Assembly (NCBI GenBank): GCA_016930315.1
Contig: JAFGGX010000024.1
Span: 1 to 55,184, forward strand
Origin: Candidatus Buchananbacteria bacterium
Lineage (GTDB): Bacteria; Patescibacteriota; Patescibacteriia; Buchananbacterales; UBA6539
Direction of reading: 5' to 3'
Length of the DNA stretch: 55,184 nt
The notes below the pieces were generated by a model. It was not told the origin of the DNA, made no database searches, and saw only the letters and a list, made by a program, of their open reading frames with translations. The translations under genes and the position numbers were made by a program. Positions 1 through 11,481 of the stretch are shown here, one piece after another; position 1 is the stretch's first letter; every line of letters begins with the position of its first letter.

Positions 1-64
1 ATATTGAAGAAGTCGCCTACGGCGACTCCTTAATTTTGAGATTTTATTTTTAAAATTTAAGGTT

Positions 65-931
65 TTACTCAACTGGCATGTAAGAACTTGAATTCAAAAT
101 ATCAACTTCCGGCAAAATTAAATAAGTGGAAACCGACGGCAAGCTTTGTGTCCAATTAACCGACACGTCCCTAACTTCCCCAGCCTTCAACTGATCAACT
201 GCTAAATAATTAGCCGCGCCAATTCGTCCGCCATTCATCAAAATCATATAAACCCCAACCTGCCAATAACCGTAAGCGGTGTTATTAGCCAGTTTAAAAT
301 CCAAAGCGCTAACCGGCGCGCCATCTTTGCGGTTGCCCGAACTAGCCGCTTGAAATTTAATATCACTAACCGCAAAGTTTAATCGTGGAGTGGCAAAGTC
401 AGCAAAGCTTTCTGTTCGCTGCCAATTAACACTAACAAAAGAAACGTTACTACTATTTTGAGGAGCATCTTTTTCATTAAAAAACACTACATATTTATTT
501 TCGTTTGGATAAACAAAAGTTTCTTTTTGATCAATCACCTGCCCGGCATTTACCAACTGAACCGTCACTTTTTTAATAATCCAATTTTCATTACTATTTT
601 GTAAATTAACCACATAATCAACTCCTTCTGTGCCATTGGCTAATGGCGTAAAACTGACAATTTTTAAAGGTATAGGCTGATTGGCGGTTCTAAAATATGA
701 GTAATCAACCAAATTGGTAGAAAAACTATTTAACATTCGCAAATAATTTGGCTGTTCAAGAAAAAACATCACCGAGCTGCGAAAAATAATATAACTGTAA
801 AAAATAATGTTAAGCAAAATCAAACTCCCAATCAGAATTTTTCTCAACTGAAGTTTGTGAGTAACATACCAGTAACTGATTTTGAGTTTAAAATCAGATA
901 CTTGATCTGGAGAATTTATTTCGCTGGCCAT
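65..931 (-). CDS. Hypothetical protein with a single N-terminal TM anchor and a beta-rich extracellular part
   Basis: 288-aa ORF; hydrophobic stretch ILIGSLILLNIIFYSYIIF; host-like codon usage. Confidence 0.75.
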   Translation of the reverse strand: MASEINSPDQVSDFKLKISYWYVTHKLQLRKILIGSLILLNIIFYSYIIFRSSVMFFLEQPNYLRMLNSFSTNLVDYSYFRTANQPIPLKIVSFTPLANGTEGVDYVVNLQNSNENWIIKKVTVQLVNAGQVIDQKETFVYPNENKYVVFFNEKDAPQNSSNVSFVSVNWQRTESFADFATPRLNFAVSDIKFQAASSGNRKDGAPVSALDFKLANNTAYGYWQVGVYMILMNGGRIGAANYLAVDQLKAGEVRDVSVNWTQSLPSVSTYLILPEVDILNSSSYMPVE

Positions 932-969
932 AAAACAAATTTAACTATCTAAATTATAACATAAAATAA

Positions 970-1016
970 TAAAAAAAACACCGGAATGAACCCCACTTGA
1001 GGTAAACATTCCGGCG
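970..1016 (-). terminator. Intrinsic terminator of the 1033-1443 gene
   Basis: CCGGAATG...CATTCCGG stem next to an A-run on + (U-run on -). Confidence 0.6.
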
Positions 1017-1032
1017 ACCTCCCTGGTGACTG

Positions 1033-1443
1033 TCATTCAAAGATGACTTCAAATGCGAGACAGCCCAATGCACCAAAGACTCCTCCAACAACAAAAGTGC
1101 TAAGCAAGTCGATGACGGGAGCCTGGCTGATCGATTTATTTAAGGCCAAAGTCAAAAAAGCACAATCAGCCAAAAACCCAGCCAAACCAGCAACCGCCAA
1201 CACTCTGAAAAAAGAACAGTTTGGAGCAATAAAGCCCAACAGGGCTCTGGCGAGCAAGCAAATAACCACTCCGGTCAAACCAACGCAGAAAATTTCGCCG
1301 ACCGCCAAGCCGGGAATGAAAAAAATGCTGAGCAGGCCGTAATTATTCCTTAGACTGGCATAGAAAAGAAGGCCAAACAGCCCAAAAATCATACCACCAA
1401 GCCTCAACTCTCTTTCTGATGAACCCATTTTCTCTTCAGACAT
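1033..1443 (-). CDS. Small orphan multi-pass membrane protein
   Basis: About four hydrophobic segments; AAGGAG SD before ATG 1443; upstream TTGACT-17-TAAGCT promoter (about 1485-1513, minus strand). Confidence 0.65.
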   Translation of the reverse strand: MSEEKMGSSERELRLGGMIFGLFGLLFYASLRNNYGLLSIFFIPGLAVGEIFCVGLTGVVICLLARALLGFIAPNCSFFRVLAVAGLAGFLADCAFLTLALNKSISQAPVIDLLSTFVVGGVFGALGCLAFEVIFE

Positions 1444-1604
1444 TTCACAGACTCCTTCAAAAAAGACTCGAGACATCCAAAAACAGCTTAAAAAATTTTA
1501 CTGCGAAAGTCAATTTTAGGCTTGTATTAAACTAAGAAAACTGCTATAATTTTAAGGTAAAAATTGACTTTAAATACTCCCCCATTTCACGGGTTTTTTC
1601 TTAA

Positions 1605-3659
<2,055 letters not shown>

Positions 3660-3741
3660 ATACCAATAATCCCTGAGCCTGTCGAAAAGAGAGCAGCTGT
3701 TGGATATTTTATTTAAATCTACCGAATAATAAACCCGTCGT

Positions 3742-3891
3742 GGGGGTTTGGGGGCAAGTGTCCGAGCCCAGCCGAACCCTTGGAATCGAAGCGGAAAGGG
3801 TGAGGCGGGTAAAAGACACAAACAATAAATGAGCGCTCGCGAGTCACGAGCCCCCAAAACTCTTTGTCCACTTTCTAGTTATAGAAAGTGG
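3742..3891 (+). repeat. ~150-nt structured dispersed repeat, copy 1
   Basis: Aligns with 12575-12726; nested stems TTGGGGGC/GCCCCCAA and GTGTC/GACAC; terminal CCACTTTCT/AGAAAGTGG hairpin. Confidence 0.85.
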
Positions 3892-3910
3892 GAGAATCTA
3901 AAATTATACA

Positions 3911-3958
3911 CTAGATTCCGGATCAAGTCCGGAATGACAAGGCGGGGCAGGAATGACA
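3911..3958. repeat. GTCATTCC/GGAATGAC-type (dRS3/REP-like) palindrome
   Basis: CTAGATTCCGGATCAAGTCCGGAATGAC plus a second GGAATGAC; same family as 16542 and 39023. Confidence 0.7.
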
Positions 3959-3980
3959 AAAGTGAACACCTATACTCCTC

Positions 3981-4010
3981 TTGACGAAACCAAAACTAAT
4001 GTGGTATTAT
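3981..4010 (+). promoter_or_regulatory. Sigma70-type promoter of the secE-nusG-rplK operon
   Basis: TTGACG followed by TG-G-TATTAT. Confidence 0.55.
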
Positions 4011-4075
4011 CGATTATATAAATCAGCCCGTCAAAGGGCTTTTTAAAAACCTTTAATTTTTAGCTTAAATTAGCT

Positions 4076-4267
4076 ATGAATATCGCAAAGAGTATAACCG
4101 ACTACTTTATCGGTGCTCGCCAAGAGCTCAAAAAAGTAGTTTGGCCAAGCAAAAAAGAAGTCATCCAACACACCTCAATGGTAATTGCCATCAGTCTGGG
4201 CGTTGCTTTATTTTTAGGTGTGATCGTCGACTACACCTTAACTTTTTTCTTAAAATTCATCATCTAA
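4076..4267 (+). CDS. secE: Preprotein translocase subunit SecE
   Basis: ELKKVVWPSKKE motif plus one TM; directly upstream of nusG. Confidence 0.95.
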   Translation: MNIAKSITDYFIGARQELKKVVWPSKKEVIQHTSMVIAISLGVALFLGVIVDYTLTFFLKFII

Positions 4268-4280
4268 TAATTTTAAAACT

Positions 4281-4826
4281 ATGCCAAAACAAACAGTCCA
4301 ACGCGGCCGGCATTGGTATGTCATTCACACTTACTCTGGTTACGAAGAAAACGTCAAAAGAAACCTCGAACAGCGTATCGAATCAATGGATATGGAAGAT
4401 AAAATCTTTGCGGTTTTAATTCCGACCGAAAAAAAGATTAAAATCAAAAACGGCAAAAGAAAAGTAATTACTGAAAAAATTTTTCCCGGTTATGTGATGG
4501 TTGATATGATGGTTGACGACAATTCATGGTATGTAGTTAGAAACACCCCAAACGTTACCGGTTTTATTGGCTCAAGCACAACCCCAACTCCAGTTTCGGA
4601 AACAGAAATCAAATCTTTACAAAAAAGAATGGGCGTTGAAGAACCAACCTTTAAAATTGATGTGGTGGTTGGTGAAGCAGTCCGAATTAACGACGGTCCG
4701 TTCAAAAATTACGAAGGTAAAATCAGCGAGGTTGATGAAGCCCGCGGTAAAGTCAAAGTATTGGTTTCGATGTTTGGCCGCGAAACTCCGGTCGAATTGG
4801 ATTCTTTGCAAGTCAAAAAGCTGTAG
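4281..4826 (+). CDS. nusG: Transcription termination/antitermination factor NusG
   Basis: WYVIHTYSGYE, FPGYV, KOW motif DGPF, MFGRETPVEL. Confidence 0.97.
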   Translation: MPKQTVQRGRHWYVIHTYSGYEENVKRNLEQRIESMDMEDKIFAVLIPTEKKIKIKNGKRKVITEKIFPGYVMVDMMVDDNSWYVVRNTPNVTGFIGSSTTPTPVSETEIKSLQKRMGVEEPTFKIDVVVGEAVRINDGPFKNYEGKISEVDEARGKVKVLVSMFGRETPVELDSLQVKKL

Positions 4827-4945
4827 AGTCATGAATTATGAGTTATGAGTTATGGTCAAAGAAACTAACCAATCTTAAACGACCATAATTCTTGCTTCTT
4901 AATTCTAAATTCATAATTCTTGCTTCTTAATTCTAAATTCATAAT
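4827..4945. repeat. 7-mer-based simple tandem repeats and an exact 28-bp tandem duplication
   Basis: TTATGAG runs; CATAATTCTTGCTTCTTAATTCTAAATT twice in tandem. Confidence 0.8.
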
Positions 4946-4951
4946 AAATTT

Positions 4952-5377
4952 ATGGCTAAAAAAATTAAAACAGTAATTAAACTTCAGATTCCCGCCGGCG
5001 CTGCTAATCCAGCTCCTCCAGTTGGCCCAGCTTTAGGCCAACACGGCTTAAATATTGCTGAATTTTGCGCTAAATTCAATGACGCCACCAAAGATCAACG
5101 TGGTGATGTCGTACCAGTAGAAATTACCGTTTTCGAAGATCGAACTTATACTTTTATTACCAAAACCTCACCAGCTGCAAACTTACTAAAAAAAGCTGCG
5201 GGAATTGAAAAAGGTTCTGGTGAATCATTGAAGAAAAAAGTTGGTAAAGTTACTAAAGCTCAGGTTAAAGAAATCGCCGAAAAAAAGATGCCCGACTTAA
5301 ACGCCAAAAATATTGAAGGCGCGATGAGAATTATCGAGGGCACCGCCAGACAAATGGGCATCGAAGTAATTGAATAA
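4952..5377 (+). CDS. rplK: 50S ribosomal protein L11
   Basis: [30 protein letters not shown]. Confidence 0.98.
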   Translation: MAKKIKTVIKLQIPAGAANPAPPVGPALGQHGLNIAEFCAKFNDATKDQRGDVVPVEITVFEDRTYTFITKTSPAANLLKKAAGIEKGSGESLKKKVGKVTKAQVKEIAEKKMPDLNAKNIEGAMRIIEGTARQMGIEVIE

Positions 5378-5400
5378 AATTAATTCGTAAAAACAAACAT

Positions 5401-6357
5401 ATGACTGATCAAACCAGTCAAGCAATGACTACCGAGCAACCAAAAGCGGCTCAACACGGAGCTAAAACTTTATTTTGGTACTTTAGCTTATTTTGGACCA
5501 TGGCCATTACCGCCTTTTCAGTTGGTGCCATCTGGTTTCAATTGATCAACAAATTTTTTCCAATGGAAGTCAATTATTTGTTAATCCGTAATGCTTTTAG
5601 TCAAACTGCCATCAAAAGTGCCATTGCCGCTTTAATTGTTGGCGCACCGGTATTTTTTCTCTTCACTTGGTTAATTCGCAAATCAATCAAAAAAGAGGAG
5701 ATTAAACTCAAATCCGGCGCACGAATGTGGATTGGCTATTTGATTTTATTTATTGTAGTAGCTACCGCTGTTGGCGACATAATCACTATTGTCTGGAAGT
5801 TTTTAAATGGTGATTTTACTAGCCGCTTTTTACTAAAAAGTTTAGTAATATTGGCAATCACCGGCTGGACTTTTATTTACTTTTGGCTTTCATTAAAATC
5901 AGATGACGGATTAAAAAACTCTAAATTGCCGAGAATGTTTGTAATTACTTCGGCTGTGGCAGTGATAATCAGTTTGATTATTGGCTTTACCTTAATTGAT
6001 TCACCGGCGACCGCCAGAGCAAAGTCATACGACCTAACCAGAGAAAATGATTTAAGAAATATCAGTTCAAGTGTCGATAATTACTTCAATCAATCTGGCA
6101 AACTACCAGCCAGCCTTGAAGATTTAAAACCAATTGAGGGAGCAACCGACCCAATCACCCACCAGCCGTACCGATACAAAACTTTATCCGACACTCAATA
6201 TCAACTTTGTGCCACCTTTCAAACTGACAATCAATTAACTACTGGCGAAAAAACAACTCAGGTCTACAATCAAAACAACTTTTTACACAGTCAAGGCGAA
6301 CAATGTTTTGACCTGAAGGTTAATGACTGGAATGGTAAACAAATCATTATTAGATAA
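5401..6357 (+). CDS. Multi-pass membrane protein (DUF5671-like) with a pseudopilin-like C-terminal domain
   Basis: About five TM segments, then D..R..DL..I...YF...GKLP.SL.DL...DP.T..PY.Y...YQLCA.F. Confidence 0.7.
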   Translation: MTDQTSQAMTTEQPKAAQHGAKTLFWYFSLFWTMAITAFSVGAIWFQLINKFFPMEVNYLLIRNAFSQTAIKSAIAALIVGAPVFFLFTWLIRKSIKKEEIKLKSGARMWIGYLILFIVVATAVGDIITIVWKFLNGDFTSRFLLKSLVILAITGWTFIYFWLSLKSDDGLKNSKLPRMFVITSAVAVIISLIIGFTLIDSPATARAKSYDLTRENDLRNISSSVDNYFNQSGKLPASLEDLKPIEGATDPITHQPYRYKTLSDTQYQLCATFQTDNQLTTGEKTTQVYNQNNFLHSQGEQCFDLKVNDWNGKQIIIR

Positions 6358-6366
6358 CTAATTAAT

Positions 6367-6404
6367 TTGCGGGAGAGTGATTCCTAACTCTAAATAAACC
6401 GCGA
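6367..6404 (+). promoter_or_regulatory. Putative L1 autoregulatory operator upstream of rplA
   Basis: GCGGGAG-hairpin-AAACCGC, resembling L1-binding mRNA leaders. Confidence 0.55.
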
Positions 6405-6432
6405 TCCGCCTACGCTAAAAGCTCCGGCGGAC
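6405..6432. repeat. Short palindrome TCCGCC-TACGCTAAAAGCTCC-GGCGGA
   Basis: Inverted repeat; a related CGCCTACGGCG hairpin lies at about 12-28. Confidence 0.45.
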
Positions 6433-6447
6433 TAAAAGGAAAAAATT

Positions 6448-7128
6448 ATGAAACGTTCAAAACGTTATCAGGCCCTAAGCAAAAAAATCGACAAAACAAA
6501 AAGCTATCCCTTGTCGGAAGCCATCAAATTGGTTAAAGAAACCGGCACCACTAAATTTGTCAGCTCAATTGAAGTTCATATCAAAACCGGAATCGATGCC
6601 AATAAAACCGAGCAACAAATTCGGGGCTCAGTCTCTTTACCTAACGGTACCGGTAAAACAATTAGAATTGCCGCTTTTGTGCCAGACAGCAAAGAAAAAG
6701 AAGCTAAAGAAGCTGGCGCCGATTTGGTTGGCGGTGAAGCTTTAGTCGAAAGTATTAAAAAAACCGGGAAAATTGATTTTGATGTAGCCGTTACCACCCC
6801 GGACATGATGCCAAAATTAGCCGTGATTGCTAAAATTTTGGGACCAAGAGGTTTGATGCCATCACCAAAAAACGGCACTATTACTCCAAACCTAAAAAAG
6901 ACTATTGATGAATTAAAAAAAGGTAAAGTCAACTTCAAAAACGACAGCACCGGCAACCTTCACTTGGCAATTGGTAAAACCTCATTTGATGACCAAAAAA
7001 TCACTGAAAATATCGAGAGCTTCTTGGCGGCTTTAAAAAAAGCTAAGCCATCATCTGCCAAAGGCAATTTCATCAAATCAGTTACATTAGCCTCCTCAAT
7101 GGGCCCAGGCGTGAAAGTTCAACTATAG
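6448..7128 (+). CDS. rplA: 50S ribosomal protein L1
   Basis: QQIRGSVSLPNGTGK, ILGPRGLMPSPKNGT, SSMGPG. Confidence 0.98.
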   Translation: MKRSKRYQALSKKIDKTKSYPLSEAIKLVKETGTTKFVSSIEVHIKTGIDANKTEQQIRGSVSLPNGTGKTIRIAAFVPDSKEKEAKEAGADLVGGEALVESIKKTGKIDFDVAVTTPDMMPKLAVIAKILGPRGLMPSPKNGTITPNLKKTIDELKKGKVNFKNDSTGNLHLAIGKTSFDDQKITENIESFLAALKKAKPSSAKGNFIKSVTLASSMGPGVKVQL

Positions 7129-7141
7129 TTCTGTAGCACTG

Positions 7142-7180
7142 AATCAAAAAACAGTCTTAGCTTAAGGCTGTTTTTTGATT
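7142..7180 (+). terminator. Intrinsic (potentially bidirectional) terminator after rplA
   Basis: AAAAAACAGTCTTA-GCT-TAAGGCTGTTTTTT. Confidence 0.8.
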
Positions 7181-7227
7181 ATTTTGTTTTATTTTAGCTA
7201 AAAAATTATACTTTAAAATACAAATAC

Positions 7228-7348
7228 TTGACAAAACTACATAAATATGCTATTATCTTAAGATTGTTCTTTAAAATTTTATTACGTCTATCGATGGTTC
7301 TTTTTAGGGATGATTCATATTTGGGTTATCTCTAAAAAGAACCATCGA
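7228..7348 (+). promoter_or_regulatory. Promoter, BoxA-like motif and long leader hairpin of the 7419 gene
   Basis: TTGACA at 7228 with TG-C-TATTAT; TGTTCTTTAAAA at 7265-7276; 27-bp hairpin at 7291-7348. Confidence 0.6.
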
Positions 7349-7418
7349 AAAGGTGGTTTTAGAAGCTTAAAAGCTTCAATCCGGTTTCGGCTGGATAATT
7401 CCCCACAGGTGAAAAGAC

Positions 7419-8384
7419 ATGAAAAGCTACCGTTTCCTCCTCCTCATCGGAATCATCATCGCCGTGGCCACCATGGCCATGAGTCAGTCCACACCCCTCC
7501 CGCCCGAAAGCGACTTTGACTTCACCGTTGTTGTCCGTGACGGAACCAACAAAGGGACGAAAGTTCGCATCATCCGCGGGTCGGACACCGAACCGACCAT
7601 CATCACTGACAACGCCACGGGCGACATCGTCGTCATGACACCCTACTTCACACGTTGGGACTTGAATGACGTCGCCAAGCATGGCATCTTTCTGTACCCC
7701 CCGCCCCGTAAAACCCACCCAGAAAAACCCGGCACAGATCCGAAATGGGCCAATATTATCGAAGTAATCAAAAGCCTCGACAGTGCGGACGGGTTGACGT
7801 CCGCGTCAAGACTCCTACCGCTATTCGACCGGAGTAATGATCCCAAAGTCGTACTTCTCAGGCTGATCAACGCCTATGACTTCAGACTCAGCGCCGAGGT
7901 TTTCGATGTGATCCTCGCTTCTCCACTCTGTGACGGGGAGACTCTTCACGAGATTCTGAGAGTTCACGGAAAGACTGTGAACGAATACGGTGCCTGGATC
8001 GCCGGCAACAAAGCGGAGGCAGAGATCTTCGCCGACCCACGAATCAGGCTTCAGGATATCCTGAAGTATGGTCTCTGGCCTGGAAACCTGCTTCAATGGG
8101 GGGCGATATTGGAAATCTACCGTCGGGGAGATCCAGGGCTGCTCGAAGCCGCCATCAACGTAATGGCTGGCTTCCAAGGCGATGGCATCCCATACATCGC
8201 CTACGATCTACTGAGAAGCTCTCAGCTTCCCAGCCAGATCGCCAGGAAAGCCCTGACTATCAAGCCAGCGGACATTGAGCATGCCGACTACCAGGCGGCT
8301 CATATCCGAGATGCGATCAAGAATGGAATCGGCCTTGAGCAATTCGAGCCAACCCCCACGCCGGCCGTCACCACGATCGAATAA
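7419..8384 (+). CDS. Orphan secreted protein, GC-richer than its flanks
   Basis: Signal-peptide-like MKSYRFLLLIGIIIAVATMAMS; AGGTG SD; many C/G-ending codons; own promoter and terminator. Confidence 0.75.
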   Translation: MKSYRFLLLIGIIIAVATMAMSQSTPLPPESDFDFTVVVRDGTNKGTKVRIIRGSDTEPTIITDNATGDIVVMTPYFTRWDLNDVAKHGIFLYPPPRKTHPEKPGTDPKWANIIEVIKSLDSADGLTSASRLLPLFDRSNDPKVVLLRLINAYDFRLSAEVFDVILASPLCDGETLHEILRVHGKTVNEYGAWIAGNKAEAEIFADPRIRLQDILKYGLWPGNLLQWGAILEIYRRGDPGLLEAAINVMAGFQGDGIPYIAYDLLRSSQLPSQIARKALTIKPADIEHADYQAAHIRDAIKNGIGLEQFEPTPTPAVTTIE

Positions 8385-8407
8385 CCACCACATTCCGCCC
8401 TTTCACT

Positions 8408-8463
8408 GTCCCGGCCGCGCGCAAGCAACTCAAACGTTGCACGCGACCGGGACTTCTACTTTT
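8408..8463 (+). terminator. Long GC hairpin terminator
   Basis: GTCCCGG.CGCG...CGCG.CCGGGAC followed by TTCTACTTTT. Confidence 0.65.
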
Positions 8464-8565
8464 CTAGACCAAAATTGCTCCAAAAAACCATAAAATAATT
8501 GATTTGCCCCAGGGCATTTTTTTTGTTAAAATAAGGGGAGTAAAATTTACTCCTTTTATTTTTTT

Positions 8566-9105
8566 ATGGCAGAAGAACGCAAACACTATCGCCCTTCCTG
8601 GGACGATTATTTTATGGCAATTACCAAACTAATTGCCAGCCGCAGTACCTGTGATCGGCTCTATACCGGCGCAGTTTTAGTTAAAAATAACCGGATTATT
8701 TCTTCCGGTTACAATGGTTCAGCTCCAGGGCAGCCTCATTGCCTTGATTCCGGCCATTTAATGGAAGAAGGCCACTGTGTGCGCACCATCCACGGTGAGC
8801 ACAATGCTCTGCTCCAAGCCGCCGTTCAAGGTTCAACCAGCACAGTTGGCTCAACTATGTATACTAAATATAGCCCCTGCATCCACTGCACTAAGTACAT
8901 TATTGCTTGCGGCGTTAAACGAGTGGTTTTAGGTAAAATTTACCGCAATTCGCAAGCCGTGGACATGTTAAAAGCCAGTGGCGTTGAAGTTGATGTTTAT
9001 CAACCAAACCCTGAGTGGGAACAAGAAATTATCCAGATTTTTTCCGAAGATATTCCTGACCGAAAAAACGAAGGTGATGTCAAAATGGAGGTAAAAAATG
9101 GGTAA
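8566..9105 (+). CDS. dCMP deaminase (ComEB/cytidine-deoxycytidylate deaminase family)
   Basis: RPSWDDYFM, RSTC, GYNG, HGEHNA, PCIHC zinc motifs. Confidence 0.92.
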   Translation: MAEERKHYRPSWDDYFMAITKLIASRSTCDRLYTGAVLVKNNRIISSGYNGSAPGQPHCLDSGHLMEEGHCVRTIHGEHNALLQAAVQGSTSTVGSTMYTKYSPCIHCTKYIIACGVKRVVLGKIYRNSQAVDMLKASGVEVDVYQPNPEWEQEIIQIFSEDIPDRKNEGDVKMEVKNG

Positions 9106-9655
9106 AAAAATTATTTTTGGCTTGGTGGGTCAAATCGCTTCGGGCAAAGACACTGTTGCTGATTATTTAGAAAAAAAATATCAAGCCAAAAGAATCAGTT
9201 TTTCGGGCATGTTGCGCGATATCCTCAATCGTCTATTTCTACCAATCAATCGCAAAAATCTAGTGGCCACTTCCGAAATAATTCGAAAACAATTTGGTCA
9301 AGACCTGATGGCTAAAGTAATTGCTGAAGAGGTAAAAAAATCTGACGCCAAAATCATTTGTCTGCCTAATATTCGGCGCAATCAAGATATTAAATATTTA
9401 TCAAAAATTCCCGGTTTTATTTTGGTCCACATTACCGCTGAGCCAAAAATTAGATACCAAAGATTAATAAACCGCCGTGAAAATATTGATGATAAAAACA
9501 AAACTTGGGCCCAATTTATCCGCGACAGCAAATTACCAACCGAAGTAACGATTAAACAAGTAGCCAAAAAAGCTAAATACACAATTGACAATAACGGCAG
9601 CTTAAACGAACTTCACGAACAAGTCGAAAAAATTCTAAAAAAACACAAAAAATAA
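9098..9655 (+). CDS. P-loop nucleotide kinase (dephospho-CoA-kinase-like, probably a (d)NMP kinase)
   Basis: GQIASGKDT P-loop; IDNNGS; overlaps its neighbours in a dNTP operon. Confidence 0.75.
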   Translation: MGKKIIFGLVGQIASGKDTVADYLEKKYQAKRISFSGMLRDILNRLFLPINRKNLVATSEIIRKQFGQDLMAKVIAEEVKKSDAKIICLPNIRRNQDIKYLSKIPGFILVHITAEPKIRYQRLINRRENIDDKNKTWAQFIRDSKLPTEVTIKQVAKKAKYTIDNNGSLNELHEQVEKILKKHKK

Positions 9656-10080
9656 TGCAAATCAAAATCAAAAAAACCAAAGATGATGTTAAACTCCCCT
9701 CTTACGCTCACCCGGGTGATGCCGGTCTTGATGTTTATTCTCTAGAAAATTACGAATTAAAGCCTGGCGAGAGACGAATTTTTGATTTAGGTTTTGCCTT
9801 AGAGTTGCCCGAAGATTTTGTCGCTATTGTTAAAGACAAAGGCAGTTTACCGAAACACGGTGGCTTGCATACTATGGGCGGCGTTTTTGATTCCGGCTAC
9901 CGCGGTGAATATAATATTTTGTTGATAAATTTGAGCGACCAATCATACCAAATTGAAGAAGGCGACAAAATTGCTCAACTAGTTATTATTCCCTTTGCTC
10001 GAGCTGAGCTGTTGGAAGTTGAAGAATTAACCGAAAGTAGCCGTGGTGCCGGTTCATTTGGCTCAACTGGCAAAAAATAA
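9655..10080 (+). CDS. dut: dUTP diphosphatase
   Basis: GDAGLD, GVFDSGYRGE, GDKIAQL, RGAGSFGSTG. Confidence 0.96.
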   Translation: MQIKIKKTKDDVKLPSYAHPGDAGLDVYSLENYELKPGERRIFDLGFALELPEDFVAIVKDKGSLPKHGGLHTMGGVFDSGYRGEYNILLINLSDQSYQIEEGDKIAQLVIIPFARAELLEVEELTESSRGAGSFGSTGKK

Positions 10081-10104
10081 TCCTAATATTTTTAACCTAA
10101 GACT

Positions 10105-11463
10105 ATGCCGTTTGATTCAATCAAACATACAGAAAAATCTCTAACTAACGGCGGGATGGTTTTAATTTTAAACACCGGCGCGGTTATCAACCCAGAAGCC
10201 GAGGCAATGCTTCAAGCGTTGCATTCACGTTCAACCGGCGGCATCAAAGAACATCTGCAAACCCTCGAAAAAAAGGGAGCCGATAAATTTATGGCCAGTT
10301 TTTATGTCGGCTACGGTCATAAATCAATTGGCGATTGCGGCAGCATCACTATTTTTATCGAAGGCGTTTCAATGTTAGCGGCAAAAGCCATCCAAGACTG
10401 GCCACTTTATAGCGGTCAAGAATCATCAACTCGCTATGTTGATTTTTCTAAACAAAAATTTATTGACCCAATCAAAACTACTGAATCAAACAAGCTGCTG
10501 GAAACTTGGCGAACATTTTATTTAGACGGATTAACCCCCGTTCAAGAATATTTAAAAAGTCAATTTCCCATCCAGCCGGACCAAAAAGAATCAACCTATC
10601 TAAAAGCTATCGCCGCTCGAGCCTTTGATATTATGCGCGGCTATCTGCCAGCTGGTGCTTCGACTAATTTAGCCTGGCACACCAATTTACGCCAAGCCGC
10701 TGATAAATTAATGCTATTGCGTCATCATCCGTTAAAAGAAGTCCAGGAATTAGCCGAAACAATCGAGCAGGCTTTAATCGCCGCCCACCCAAGTTCATTT
10801 GAAGCAAAAAGGTACGACGAAACCGAAAACTATAACCAGTTTTGGATGAAAAAATATAACTATTTTGATCAATCGGAAAGTTATGGCGATCAAGTCGCTT
10901 TATTACGCAACGATATCGACACCAAATCATTAGAAAATTATCGAGAAGTATTAGAAAAACGACCACCAAAAACCGAGCTACCAAAATTTCTAGCCGAGTG
11001 TGGTACTCTACAATTTGGTTTTATGCTTGACTTCGGATCGTTTCGCGACATCCAACGTCATCGAGCTGTTAAACAAAGAATGCCGCTAGTAACAACCAAA
11101 CACGGCTTTAATCAATTTTATATCAATTCGCTACCAGAATCTCTAAGGCCAGCGGCGAAAAATTTGCTCGATTCTCAAGCAGAAGAAATAAAAAACCTTA
11201 ATACTACACCAGAGATTGCTCAATACTATACCGCCATGGGTTATAATTTACCAAATAAAGTTACTGGCGATTTGCCTTCGCTGGTTTATTTGGTTGAATT
11301 AAGAGCCACTCGCTTTGTGCACCCAACATTGAGAGACAAAGCGGCTGCCATGGCCGAAATTATTAAAAAAGAATTCGGACCGCTGGGCTTAAAATTACAT
11401 TTAGATAATGAGCCAGGGATTTTTGATATTAAACGCGGTGAACACGATATTGTAAAAAAATAA
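10105..11463 (+). CDS. thyX: FAD-dependent thymidylate synthase, long double-domain type
   Basis: YGHKSI, QESSTRY and RDIQRHR motifs; dTTP operon context. Confidence 0.88.
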   Translation: MPFDSIKHTEKSLTNGGMVLILNTGAVINPEAEAMLQALHSRSTGGIKEHLQTLEKKGADKFMASFYVGYGHKSIGDCGSITIFIEGVSMLAAKAIQDWPLYSGQESSTRYVDFSKQKFIDPIKTTESNKLLETWRTFYLDGLTPVQEYLKSQFPIQPDQKESTYLKAIAARAFDIMRGYLPAGASTNLAWHTNLRQAADKLMLLRHHPLKEVQELAETIEQALIAAHPSSFEAKRYDETENYNQFWMKKYNYFDQSESYGDQVALLRNDIDTKSLENYREVLEKRPPKTELPKFLAECGTLQFGFMLDFGSFRDIQRHRAVKQRMPLVTTKHGFNQFYINSLPESLRPAAKNLLDSQAEEIKNLNTTPEIAQYYTAMGYNLPNKVTGDLPSLVYLVELRATRFVHPTLRDKAAAMAEIIKKEFGPLGLKLHLDNEPGIFDIKRGEHDIVKK

Positions 11464-11481
11464 AAATAAAAAAGAATGGGG

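Noticed and set aside
1043..1342. + strand Lys/Pro/Ala-rich ORF, and likewise 11504-11845 and 34865-35050
   Set aside because: Antisense shadows of minus-strand genes that have the SD, promoter or terminator support.
4024..4045. Short hairpin plus T-run in the secE leader as an attenuator
   Set aside because: Only a ~5-bp stem with no alternative structure; too weak to call.
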